A DNA stretch of 64,000 bases from Flavobacteriaceae bacterium. Its GTDB lineage: Bacteria; Bacteroidota; Bacteroidia; Flavobacteriales_C; GCA-002722245. The notes below the pieces were generated by a model. That model had not been told where the DNA came from. It did no database searches and worked only from the letters and a program-made list of their open reading frames with translations. Made by a program: the position numbers and the translations under genes. Shown in pieces: positions 17,002-26,170 of this stretch. Each line of letters opens with the position of its first letter. Within the stretch, counting starts at the first letter, position 1. The stretch is taken from NCBI GenBank assembly GCA_964230605.1, contig CAXRIN010000058.1:10969-74968 (forward strand), written 5' to 3'.

Positions 17002-19797
17002 ATGATTATTAAAAAACTTTTTCTTTTATTTCTGACGATCTTTTGGATGAACACTTTTTGCTCCGTTCCTGAAATAGTCAATTTTACTTCTAAAAACTAC
17101 GATGCTCACTCCATTAACTATGATATTGAACAAGATACATCTGGCTTGATTTATATTGGGAATGCTTATTGTGTTTTAGAATTTGACGCTAAAAAATTCA
17201 GGAAAATCCCTCTAGTATCTGGTAAAAGTGCCATTAGTTTCGCCAAAGATGATCAAGGAAAAATATTTGTTGGTTCTTCATCTGAATTTGGATACTTAAC
17301 CAAAGATTCTACTCAAAAAACAGTCTATAAATCATTGAAGCATCTTATTCCCGGAAAAAAAGAAATCAATGAAATTTTTCACACTTCGTGGTACGACGGT
17401 GCTATTTATTTTGGATGTTATAGAGGGATTTACAGATATAAAAACGAGATTATTGAAAAAGTTGAGGGATTTACAGACTCCACTCTAATTGACCATATTC
17501 AAATCGTAAAAGGAGAACTTTTATATTGGGAAAACGCTAAAGGTTTGGGAAGAGTTCAAGGTTTAAAGGCAACAAATTTTCATGAAGATATTTATACCAG
17601 AGCAGTAAGGGGTATTGAATACATAAATGAAAACTATGTGATTTTTGGAAAGTTCGGCGTAAAAGCAATCAGAAAACCAAACCTTTATTCTTCTGCTCAG
17701 GCTGAGTTAATTAAAGTCGATGTTTCATCAATCCTCAAATTAAATGATGATGAAGTTTTAATAGGAACAATTAATAGTGGAATATACCTTTTGAATGCAC
17801 AAGGAAATCTTAAAAGGCATTTTACTGTTGATCATGGTTTACAAGATAATTTCATAAGAAAATTGTTCAAAGACAAAGAGGGCAACATTTGGATTGCTTA
17901 TAACAATGGAATTGGAATCTTCAAATGGGGCTCTCCTTTACAATACATTACTCATTCACAAGGTTTTGAAGGAATGGGTTATACAGGAGTAGTTTTTGAA
18001 AACAAGCTTTACATCGGAACCTCAAGAGGACTATATGTAATGAACGATTGGGAAGAAGGCTTATCTAAAATTGATGATTTTGAATTAGTCCCTGGAATGC
18101 CTGAAGGAACAATTAATTATTTGACCATCGCTAACGGAAAACTAATTATTTGCCAAGCTGCTGAAACATATACCCTTGAAAATAACAAAGCTCAAAGAAT
18201 TTCAGATGGATCATGGTATGGATCATGGATTTGGAAAACCGCAGATAAATACAATAAAAATGAAGCTTTTGTAGGTACTTATGAAGGAGTAGAGCGATAC
18301 ATTTTTAAAAATAACAACTGGATTCATTTAGGACACATTAAAAAATTTGCTGAGTCTTCCAGAGTTATGGAAATTGATGAAAGAGGAATAATTTGGGCAA
18401 TTCAGGGAAATAAAGGTTTGTATAGAGTTGAATTAAACGAATCAAGAGATTCAGCCATCTCAATAATTAATTATGCTGAAAAACCAGGATTCAAATCCGA
18501 TGACTTTAATGATATTTTTTATTTCGATAATAAGATATATATCACAACATATAAGGGAGTTTATTTCCTCAAAGGGGATTCTTTGATATTAGATAAGTCA
18601 TTTGATAACATTAAAAAATATGTTCAAAGAGCACGAATATATGATTACAACAAAATTTATGGAATTTATAAAGATCAGGCCTACTTGATCAAAAAAGTGG
18701 ATCAAAAATGGCAAATTGATCCATCTTCGCTTTCGTTTTCAAAAAGTAGTCTTGTAGGTTCAACTGAATTTTTTAGTAAAATATCCAAAAACACTTATCT
18801 CTTAGGAACTCAAGATGGATATGCCATTTATAAACCAAACAAGGAATCTAAACCTTCTGATTCTAAATGTTTGATTAGAAATATAGAATTGATTGGTGAA
18901 GAAGTTGATTCAAGCTTATTCCTTGGAAAACCTAAACAGAAATTAGAGTTTGAGTATGCTTACAATAATATTCGTTTTACATTCTCAATTCCTGAATACA
19001 GTGTAATCGACCAAATAATATATCAAACTCAACTCCTGAGAGATAACAAACCTTTAAGTGGTTGGCAAAATGTAAAAGAGGTTAATTATAAAGAATTCAC
19101 CAACCTAAAGGAAGGAGAGTATACTTTTATTGTAAGAGCTAAAAAAGGAAATCAAGCAATGGGAACTGAAACATACAACTTCAGTATTCTACCTCCTTGG
19201 TATAGAACAAATACTGCGAATATCACTTATTTCATAGGGCTTATTTTAGGTGGTTTGTTTATTAGACTGAGATTTAAAAAACAAGCGGAAAAGCTTAAAG
19301 CAGAAAAAACGCGAGAATTAGAGATAAAGGAAAAATTACACAATGCTGAAAAGTTAGAAATTGAGCTGAAAAACAAAGACAATGAATTAGCATACATGGC
19401 ACTTTCCTACACGCAAAAAAAGGAAATGCTTGCATCATTAGAAAACAAATTAGATGCGCTTTCAAAAGAATTAGAGCACAATGACAGACAAAAAGTTAAC
19501 TCTTTAAAAAGAACAGTCTCTTCAAGCATTGATGATGAAAGTAACTGGGAAAACTTTCAAGTTCACTTCGATCAAAAAAACAATAATTTCTTTCAAAAAC
19601 TTAAAGAAGTTGATAATAAGCTAAACGAATCATATTTGTTATTTCTTTCTTATGTAAGAATGGGAAAATCAAATAAGGAAATTGCCGATTTATTAAACAT
19701 ATCAGTTGCTGCTGTTGAGAAAAGAAAATATAGATTAAAGAAAAAGTGGGGGCTTGAAAATGATACCAGTTTCACAGATTTCTTGAGAGATTTATAA
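17002..19797 (+). CDS. Transmembrane one-component regulator: beta-propeller (Reg_prop-like) + Y_Y_Y sensor, TM helix, coiled coil, LuxR-type HTH
   Basis: N-terminal signal/anchor, then about 700 aa of propeller-like repeats. A Y_Y_Y-type segment (EGEYTFIVRAKK...ILPPWYRT) is followed directly by the TM helix ITYFIGLILGGLFIRLRF. A heptad-rich segment follows, then the C-terminal SNKEIADLLNISVAAVEKRKYRLKKKWGL HTH. No kinase or receiver motifs. Confidence 0.75.
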   Translation: MIIKKLFLLFLTIFWMNTFCSVPEIVNFTSKNYDAHSINYDIEQDTSGLIYIGNAYCVLEFDAKKFRKIPLVSGKSAISFAKDDQGKIFVGSSSEFGYLTKDSTQKTVYKSLKHLIPGKKEINEIFHTSWYDGAIYFGCYRGIYRYKNEIIEKVEGFTDSTLIDHIQIVKGELLYWENAKGLGRVQGLKATNFHEDIYTRAVRGIEYINENYVIFGKFGVKAIRKPNLYSSAQAELIKVDVSSILKLNDDEVLIGTINSGIYLLNAQGNLKRHFTVDHGLQDNFIRKLFKDKEGNIWIAYNNGIGIFKWGSPLQYITHSQGFEGMGYTGVVFENKLYIGTSRGLYVMNDWEEGLSKIDDFELVPGMPEGTINYLTIANGKLIICQAAETYTLENNKAQRISDGSWYGSWIWKTADKYNKNEAFVGTYEGVERYIFKNNNWIHLGHIKKFAESSRVMEIDERGIIWAIQGNKGLYRVELNESRDSAISIINYAEKPGFKSDDFNDIFYFDNKIYITTYKGVYFLKGDSLILDKSFDNIKKYVQRARIYDYNKIYGIYKDQAYLIKKVDQKWQIDPSSLSFSKSSLVGSTEFFSKISKNTYLLGTQDGYAIYKPNKESKPSDSKCLIRNIELIGEEVDSSLFLGKPKQKLEFEYAYNNIRFTFSIPEYSVIDQIIYQTQLLRDNKPLSGWQNVKEVNYKEFTNLKEGEYTFIVRAKKGNQAMGTETYNFSILPPWYRTNTANITYFIGLILGGLFIRLRFKKQAEKLKAEKTRELEIKEKLHNAEKLEIELKNKDNELAYMALSYTQKKEMLASLENKLDALSKELEHNDRQKVNSLKRTVSSSIDDESNWENFQVHFDQKNNNFFQKLKEVDNKLNESYLLFLSYVRMGKSNKEIADLLNISVAAVEKRKYRLKKKWGLENDTSFTDFLRDL

Positions 19798-19887
19798 AAT
19801 AATAGACAAAAAAAGGAATATCAGAGGTTAATTTTCGTTACATCAATTGCAGTACAAAATATGTTGTAAATTTATTGTGCTACTGTT

Positions 19888-22215
19888 ATGATTAAAACTA
19901 TCAGTCACATATCCATCCTGATTTTATTGTTTGGTTCATTATTATCAACCGCTCAATTAGCCGGAATAGGTAAATTTTATGATCACCTTCCTTATAACCA
20001 AGGAACTGTTGTATGCTTGGCTGGGGACAAAGTTTATGCTGGAGTTGGGCAAACACTTTTTGTGTTAGATCAAAAAGACAATTCAATTACCAAACTAAGC
20101 AAAGTAAATCAGCTCTCTGATTTAGGTGTTACAACTATAGCTTATTCCAAAAAACATAAAAGTGTTATTATTGGATACTTAACAGGAAATATCGACATCA
20201 TTGTTAATAACCAAGTCATTAATATCCCTGATATTGAACGAACCTCAATTCAAGGTTTTAAATCTATAAACGATATTTACATTGATGAAGACTTTGCTTT
20301 TTTAAGCACTGGTTTTGGTATTGTAAAACTTGACATACAACGTCAAGAAATCAAAGAAACCTATCTGATTGGAGATAACGCAACAAATGTTTTTGTTAAC
20401 GACATTACTTTTTACAATGATTCCATTTTCGCAGCAACACAAGAAGGTATATATGTTGCTAATTTAAATAGTGCAAATCTTTCAAACTTTCAAAATTGGT
20501 CTGTTTTACCCTTCCGATTAGGCACCAATTTTAACGCCTTAGCTTCCAATGATTCCATTATAATGTTTAATGCATCAATTGAAGGAAATAACAAGGATAC
20601 TATTCATTTATACAATAAAGGTGTTTGGAGTAAACTAAGTTTCGAAGGATACAAAAATGCTGATGTTTACAGTATTGAATATGAGAATGAAGAGTGGCTT
20701 TTAACTTTTAATGACATTGCTCATTGTTTAAACAAAAATGGAGAAGCTAAAGAAAAGACATTTACTTATGCCGGAAATTACACTGGAATAAAACCTAAAC
20801 ACATGATTTCTGATGGTAATACTGGTTACTGGATTGCCGATAATAAATATGGATTAGCGCACAGATTTTCAGCATGGAATTATGATGTTTTTACCCCATC
20901 AGGCCCTGCATACTATCAGGCATTTAAATTAGATTTTAAAGGAGATGCACTCTGGGTTGCATCTGGAACATTAACAGCATTTTGGGGAAATAATTACGAC
21001 AAAAAAGGAGTATATCGCTACCAAAATAATGAATGGGATTCATACAATCGAGGAGGTTATGATTCAATATCTGATATTAGTACGGTTAGTATAAACCCAT
21101 TTAATACTCAAGAAGTTTATTTTGGAAGTTGGGGAAAAGGTTTAGTGCGTACCGAAAATGGTAAAATCAAAGATGTTTTTCAAAATCATAATTCCGGAAT
21201 TAACTCTCTTAATTTATTCAGAAATCACTTGGTTGGAGGAAATACATTCGATGAAAATGGAGTGCTTTGGGTTACATGCTCTGGCGCCCCTGGTGCTCCC
21301 GTAACTAACCCCCTAGTTGCATATGATGGTAAAGATTGGCACGAATATAATCTTGAAAATAAATTGGTAAATTCCACGCATGCCGGTGAAATATTTGTAG
21401 ATGCAGAAGGATATAAATGGTTTGCTTCAAGAGATAATGGTGTTTTCGTATTTGATGATAATGGAACTTTAGGAGATGATAACGATGATAGAGTTGCATT
21501 AATTACAACAGGTGAAAACAGTGGGAATTTACCTACCAAAAATGTGCATTGCATTGCACAAGATCAAGATGGAAAAGTGTGGATAGGTACCGAAGAAGGA
21601 TTAACTGTTTTAAATTCAACTTTTGGTGTTTTTGATGGGGAAGCAAAAGCGGATAGAATTATAATTGAACAAGACGGTTCTTTTCAATACTTATTAGAAA
21701 CGGAAATTGTGAAAACCATAAAAGTAGATGCAGCAAATAGAAAATGGATTGGAACAGCATCTGGAGGTGTATACTTAATTAGTGAGGACGGACAAGAGAC
21801 AATACATCACTTTACAACAGAAAATTCACCTTTAATATCAAATACAATATTCGATATCGAAATATTCGGTACTACTGGAGAAGTATTCTTCGCAACGGAC
21901 AAAGGATTAATGTCATATATTGGTGATGCAACAGACGGTGATGAATATAATGGTCCAACCTATGCGTATCCAAACCCCGTAAGGCCTGATTATGAAGGGT
22001 TGATTGGAATTAAAGGTTTGGCTGAAAATGCTGAAGTAAAAATTACAGATATAACAGGAAACGTTATATACGAAACCATTAGCCAAGGAACAACCGCTAC
22101 CTGGGATGGAAAATCATTAAATGGTAAACGAGCCCAAACTGGTGTTTATATCGTTTTCTCAGTTAACGAGGATGGTTCTCAAAAAGAAGTAGCTAAAATT
22201 CTTTTTATCAATTAA
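19888..22215 (+). CDS. porZ: Secreted two-propeller protein with T9SS C-terminal sorting domain, PorZ-like
   Basis: Signal peptide MIKTISHISILILLFGSLLSTAQ and Reg_prop-like repeats (WIGTEEGL, WIGTASGGVY, WFASRDNGVF). C-terminus YAYPNPVRPDYEGLIGIKGL..VKITDITGNVIYE..TGVYIVFS..KILFIN fits the T9SS CTD. Size (775 aa) and architecture match PorZ; the gene symbol is tentative. Confidence 0.55.
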   Translation: MIKTISHISILILLFGSLLSTAQLAGIGKFYDHLPYNQGTVVCLAGDKVYAGVGQTLFVLDQKDNSITKLSKVNQLSDLGVTTIAYSKKHKSVIIGYLTGNIDIIVNNQVINIPDIERTSIQGFKSINDIYIDEDFAFLSTGFGIVKLDIQRQEIKETYLIGDNATNVFVNDITFYNDSIFAATQEGIYVANLNSANLSNFQNWSVLPFRLGTNFNALASNDSIIMFNASIEGNNKDTIHLYNKGVWSKLSFEGYKNADVYSIEYENEEWLLTFNDIAHCLNKNGEAKEKTFTYAGNYTGIKPKHMISDGNTGYWIADNKYGLAHRFSAWNYDVFTPSGPAYYQAFKLDFKGDALWVASGTLTAFWGNNYDKKGVYRYQNNEWDSYNRGGYDSISDISTVSINPFNTQEVYFGSWGKGLVRTENGKIKDVFQNHNSGINSLNLFRNHLVGGNTFDENGVLWVTCSGAPGAPVTNPLVAYDGKDWHEYNLENKLVNSTHAGEIFVDAEGYKWFASRDNGVFVFDDNGTLGDDNDDRVALITTGENSGNLPTKNVHCIAQDQDGKVWIGTEEGLTVLNSTFGVFDGEAKADRIIIEQDGSFQYLLETEIVKTIKVDAANRKWIGTASGGVYLISEDGQETIHHFTTENSPLISNTIFDIEIFGTTGEVFFATDKGLMSYIGDATDGDEYNGPTYAYPNPVRPDYEGLIGIKGLAENAEVKITDITGNVIYETISQGTTATWDGKSLNGKRAQTGVYIVFSVNEDGSQKEVAKILFIN

Positions 22216-22314
22216 TTCCAGATACTGATAACATTACCAACAAAAAATCAACCTTATTTACTATTTACACTAAATTAACTTTAACTTTACACTCCTTAAA
22301 TTTTCTGCCTGTTT

Positions 22315-23238
22315 ATGAAAGAGGAGTATTCGTTCGTGAGTGTAAATAACAGACTAAGCTTTTTAAAAGTTGTACTTAAAAAAAGTCTTGTACCCATAAT
22401 TTTAATTACAATACTTGGAGGAGTAACTGGTTATTTTTTTAAGCCTAGTGGAACCTATGTTTCAAAAGGACTGCTATCAAATGGTGTCATAATTGAAAAT
22501 CCATATTTACGAGATAATTTCTCTGTAAAATCAAGTGATGTCTCAATATCCTTTGAAGAAGTTAAAACTCTATTTTATTCAAAAAGCTTACTTAAAAATA
22601 CTTTGTTAACTCTATGTGAAGTAAATGGCAGGAAAGATAACCTTGCCAACCATCTATTAGAATACAGTGATTTAGGAAAAGAAAAAATAGACTCAAAAAA
22701 CTTAAATGAAAAAACAATAAATCAATTAATTGATAAAGTATCCAATAATCTTGATATCTATGAGAAAAAAGGAAACTTTACAGTTGTTGAGTTCTCTCAT
22801 AAAAATCAAGAAATAGCATCAATTACAGCTCAAGTAGTAATTGATAATGGAATAAATTTTCTAAAATCTGATTACCTACCAAACTACCAAGCTTCAATAA
22901 ATAATATAAATTCAGAGCTGAACTCAGTAAAGAATAACCTTGAAGCATTAAACAATAAAACTGATTTGAATTATTTGGAGAGTTTAGAACAAAAAAAATT
23001 AGAAAATCAATTCTTTCAACTAGAAAACCAATTGGCATTTTTCAAAACGAAAAAACTTACTGAAGAACTGCCCGTTAAATTAATAGATTCACCTGATAAA
23101 CTAGCAAGCTATCAAACATACCCAACTTGGTTAATTGTATCACTTTACACTGCTTTTAGCTTTATATTTGCACTATCATTCTTCGTGGTTTTTTTCATGT
23201 TTCAAAACAACTACATAGAAATGAAAGCGTCAATGTAA
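22315..23238 (+). CDS. Polysaccharide co-polymerase (Wzz/PCP)-like chain-length determinant, no kinase domain
   Basis: N-terminal TM (LVPIILITILGGVTGYFF), a long coiled-coil periplasmic region and a C-terminal TM (WLIVSLYTAFSFIFALSFFVVFFMF). This is PCP topology, and it is the first gene of locus B. Confidence 0.45.
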   Translation: MKEEYSFVSVNNRLSFLKVVLKKSLVPIILITILGGVTGYFFKPSGTYVSKGLLSNGVIIENPYLRDNFSVKSSDVSISFEEVKTLFYSKSLLKNTLLTLCEVNGRKDNLANHLLEYSDLGKEKIDSKNLNEKTINQLIDKVSNNLDIYEKKGNFTVVEFSHKNQEIASITAQVVIDNGINFLKSDYLPNYQASINNINSELNSVKNNLEALNNKTDLNYLESLEQKKLENQFFQLENQLAFFKTKKLTEELPVKLIDSPDKLASYQTYPTWLIVSLYTAFSFIFALSFFVVFFMFQNNYIEMKASM

Positions 23239-23257
23239 TCACGAGAATTCATATTTA

Positions 23258-24520
23258 ATGAATACCATAATTAAGAAGCTCAAGAGTAGTCCTACTTTAA
23301 AAAACTTCGGGATTATTGTTGCATCAAGATTTCTAAGCTCAGGGCTATATATGTTCCTGACGTTTTACTTGATGGATGTGATGTCAGCCAAACAATTTGG
23401 ACAATATTCATATTTATATGCACTAGCTGGGTACATTCCTTTTTACGTCACTTTAGGAATAAACAAATCCTTTACAGCCTTTACTTCTAATATTTCAAAT
23501 GAAAGTGAATACAATAACTATTTAGGCCTCTTTTGGAAAACCAAAATCATCTTGTCCTTTATAATGTTATTACTAATTGTAATTCATTACTTGTTTGTTG
23601 GAATTTTAATTGAAAGTGTTGTTTTGCTAGGTGGATTAATGTTTGGTTTTACCGAAAGTTTTAAATCCCCTGCTGAATCTAGAAAACAGTTTGATTTTGT
23701 GTCTTTAGTTGTACCTATTAGAAATGTTTTGCTTCTAATTATCACGTTCACTCTATTTTGGATTGATAAACCAAGCATCAAAAACGTAATTATTGCACTT
23801 CTTTTTGCTAATGGTTTGAACTTACTTATTACCGGTATTCTTTATTTGAAAAAAATTGGCCCTTTTCAATGGAAAACCAATCTTCCATTTTCCACTTTGT
23901 TTAATCATACAAAATGGATCTTCGTAAAGGAATTTTTACTCAACAACTTAGCAAGAATTGAAATTTTCGCACTAACCTATTTCGTAACAACCGGACAAAT
24001 TGCAGAAGTTGAACGCGCCTATTTTTCGGGTGCCTTTACACTTTGTTTTGTATTACCAATTATTACGAACTCTTTAACAAAAGTACTTTTACCTGAAGTC
24101 GCCACTCTGACAGCCTCTCGTACCTTAAAATTCTATCTGAAAAAAATTAAGCGATCATTACGACTTTCTGTTCCAATAGCATTGGCTTTTTATCTTGCAA
24201 TATTCACAGTTGTAAAGTTTTATTTCCGATCGAAATATGAAAACAGTTTACCCCTTTTTCCTTTTATTATTCTAGCCACACTTATTTCATTTTACTCTAA
24301 TAATATTTCACTTATTTTTTACCGAGAAGGAAAAGTTAAATTCATTGGTATACAATCAATTATTCAATTTTTAGTGGGCTTATTAGGATGTATAACTTTA
24401 ATTCCACTATACGGTGCAATGGGAGCTGTCATTTCTTTACTTACAGTTCGTGTTGTTGGTTTTGTTTTAGTTTTGTCAAAGACTAAAAAGAGTTTATATG
24501 GGAAAACTGAATTTAATTAA
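23258..24520 (+). CDS. wzx: Oligosaccharide flippase (Wzx / MOP superfamily)
   Basis: 420 aa with about 12 TM helices and polysaccharide-locus context. Typical basic loops between helices. Confidence 0.65.
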   Translation: MNTIIKKLKSSPTLKNFGIIVASRFLSSGLYMFLTFYLMDVMSAKQFGQYSYLYALAGYIPFYVTLGINKSFTAFTSNISNESEYNNYLGLFWKTKIILSFIMLLLIVIHYLFVGILIESVVLLGGLMFGFTESFKSPAESRKQFDFVSLVVPIRNVLLLIITFTLFWIDKPSIKNVIIALLFANGLNLLITGILYLKKIGPFQWKTNLPFSTLFNHTKWIFVKEFLLNNLARIEIFALTYFVTTGQIAEVERAYFSGAFTLCFVLPIITNSLTKVLLPEVATLTASRTLKFYLKKIKRSLRLSVPIALAFYLAIFTVVKFYFRSKYENSLPLFPFIILATLISFYSNNISLIFYREGKVKFIGIQSIIQFLVGLLGCITLIPLYGAMGAVISLLTVRVVGFVLVLSKTKKSLYGKTEFN

Positions 24521-25034
24521 AAATCTGATTTTCAAACAGAAACCTAAATTCAAACAGGTCGGTTCAGGCTCGGTGATTAAATCTGGAGACTTTTTTAGCA
24601 CTCAAAATATTTCCATCGGTAAAAATGTATATGTTGGACCTGGTTCATACTGGTATGGACATGGAAAAATATCAATAGGAAACAATGTTATCATCGGACC
24701 AAAATCAACTATTTGGACTGTTAATCATAATTATGACTCTGAAGTTAGTTTGCCTTACGATGAAATTGATTATCACAAAGAAGTAGTCATTCATGATAAT
24801 GTTTGGATAGGTGTAAACGTATGTATAAATCCGGGGGTGACAATTGGCGAAGGTGCTGTAATAGCAATGGGTAGTGTTATTACTAAAGATGTTGAACCAC
24901 TTGCAATAGTTGGTGGAAATCCAGCAAAAACAATAAAATACCGAGATAAAGACAAATACGAAAGGGTTAAAAAACTAGATAATTTTCATTATTTGGAAAG
25001 AAAACGACAGGGCATCAAAAAGATTAAGAAGTGA
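24498..25034 (+). CDS. Hexapeptide-repeat (left-handed beta-helix) O-acetyltransferase
   Basis: Repeated [LIV]-G-x4 hexapeptides (ISIGKNVYVGPGS, ISIGNNVIIGPKS, VWIGVNVCINPGVTIGEGAVIAMGSVI) and a GGNPAK tail. Confidence 0.8.
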   Translation: MGKLNLIKNLIFKQKPKFKQVGSGSVIKSGDFFSTQNISIGKNVYVGPGSYWYGHGKISIGNNVIIGPKSTIWTVNHNYDSEVSLPYDEIDYHKEVVIHDNVWIGVNVCINPGVTIGEGAVIAMGSVITKDVEPLAIVGGNPAKTIKYRDKDKYERVKKLDNFHYLERKRQGIKKIKK

Positions 25035-26170
25035 AAAAGAAAAACCTTTTACTTTGGGGGTATTACGGCGCAAATAATTTTGGCGACGATCTCATTTTCG
25101 AATCATTAATTCAAATTCTAGATCAAACGAACCAAGACTATAACATATTTTATACCCTTAAAGATGAAAATTATAAATACGATGTTAATGCCATTCCTTT
25201 AATTTTCTTCAATAAAAAGCACTCAAATAAAATAATCAACTTCATTTTAAATATTTGGTTTGTTTTTAAAACAGTTTTAAAAATGGACATCATTATTATT
25301 GGTGGAGGAACTCAATATTTCGAATTAGCATCAAGAAAATCAATATCTATTCCTATCAAATACTTAGCATGTCGATTGATGAAAATAAGAGGTAAAGTTT
25401 TCATCAATGCTGGTGTTGGGATTGGAGAAATAAAATCAAAAGTCGGTAAGCTTTGTTTAAAAGGAATTTTCTCAAAATCAAATTATTCATTCGTACGAGA
25501 CCCCAAATCGAAAATCTTTTTAGAATCAATTGGTGTCCCTGAAAAAAAAGTAACATTAGGAAAGGATCTCTCCTATTATTTACCACTCCCTGCTGAAGAT
25601 AAAATAGTTGAGCATCCTCAGAAAATAGGACTTAACTTTTTTGATTTTTATAACTACATCCAACATAATCAAGAAAAAAACAACTGTTTCATAAAGGACT
25701 TAAAACAATTTGTAACATGGCTAAAAATTGAAAAAGGATTTGAAATTCACTTTTTTGCTTTTCAAAATGACGCAGGCGGAAAAGATTATTTGTTTATGCA
25801 GAAACATTTCTCAGATATTGATGCCCCAATTCATCTTTATCACAACGATACAAAGGAGTTTATTAAACAAATAAGCTCCATGGATTTAAATATTGGCTTA
25901 CGTTTTCATTTTGCAGTTCTTTCCCTTCAACACAACATCCCTTTTATAGGGTTAAATTATCAACCTAAAGTTGAAAGGGAACTCAAAACATTTGGATTAG
26001 ATAATTACATCCTGCAAACGGATGAAACAAATCAGCTCTTGGAAAAAACCAATCAATTAATTGGTGAATTCTCACATATCAAATCAAATATTAAAAGTAC
26101 ACTTGAAAGCAGCAATCATGAAGTTGATAAGAAGTTAATTGCTGAATTTATAAACACAATTAATGGGTAA
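25031..26170 (+). CDS. Polysaccharide pyruvyl transferase family protein (CsaB/WcaK-like)
   Basis: N-terminal LLWGYYGANNFGDDLIFESL motif and the IIIGGGT, RD..S and GLRFHF motifs typical of pyruvyl transferases. GTG start at 25031 overlaps the upstream stop. Confidence 0.7.
   Translation: MKKKNLLLWGYYGANNFGDDLIFESLIQILDQTNQDYNIFYTLKDENYKYDVNAIPLIFFNKKHSNKIINFILNIWFVFKTVLKMDIIIIGGGTQYFELASRKSISIPIKYLACRLMKIRGKVFINAGVGIGEIKSKVGKLCLKGIFSKSNYSFVRDPKSKIFLESIGVPEKKVTLGKDLSYYLPLPAEDKIVEHPQKIGLNFFDFYNYIQHNQEKNNCFIKDLKQFVTWLKIEKGFEIHFFAFQNDAGGKDYLFMQKHFSDIDAPIHLYHNDTKEFIKQISSMDLNIGLRFHFAVLSLQHNIPFIGLNYQPKVERELKTFGLDNYILQTDETNQLLEKTNQLIGEFSHIKSNIKSTLESSNHEVDKKLIAEFINTING

Noticed and set aside
25542-25549. 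Homopolymeric A/T tracts (A7-A9) in glycosyltransferase, pyruvyl-transferase and LTD genes (also at 11222-11229, 28884-28890 and 63665-63673) as phase-variation switches
   Set aside because: Tracts of this length are expected by chance in such an AT-rich genome. There is no evidence of length heterogeneity from a single sequence, so the claim is unsupported.
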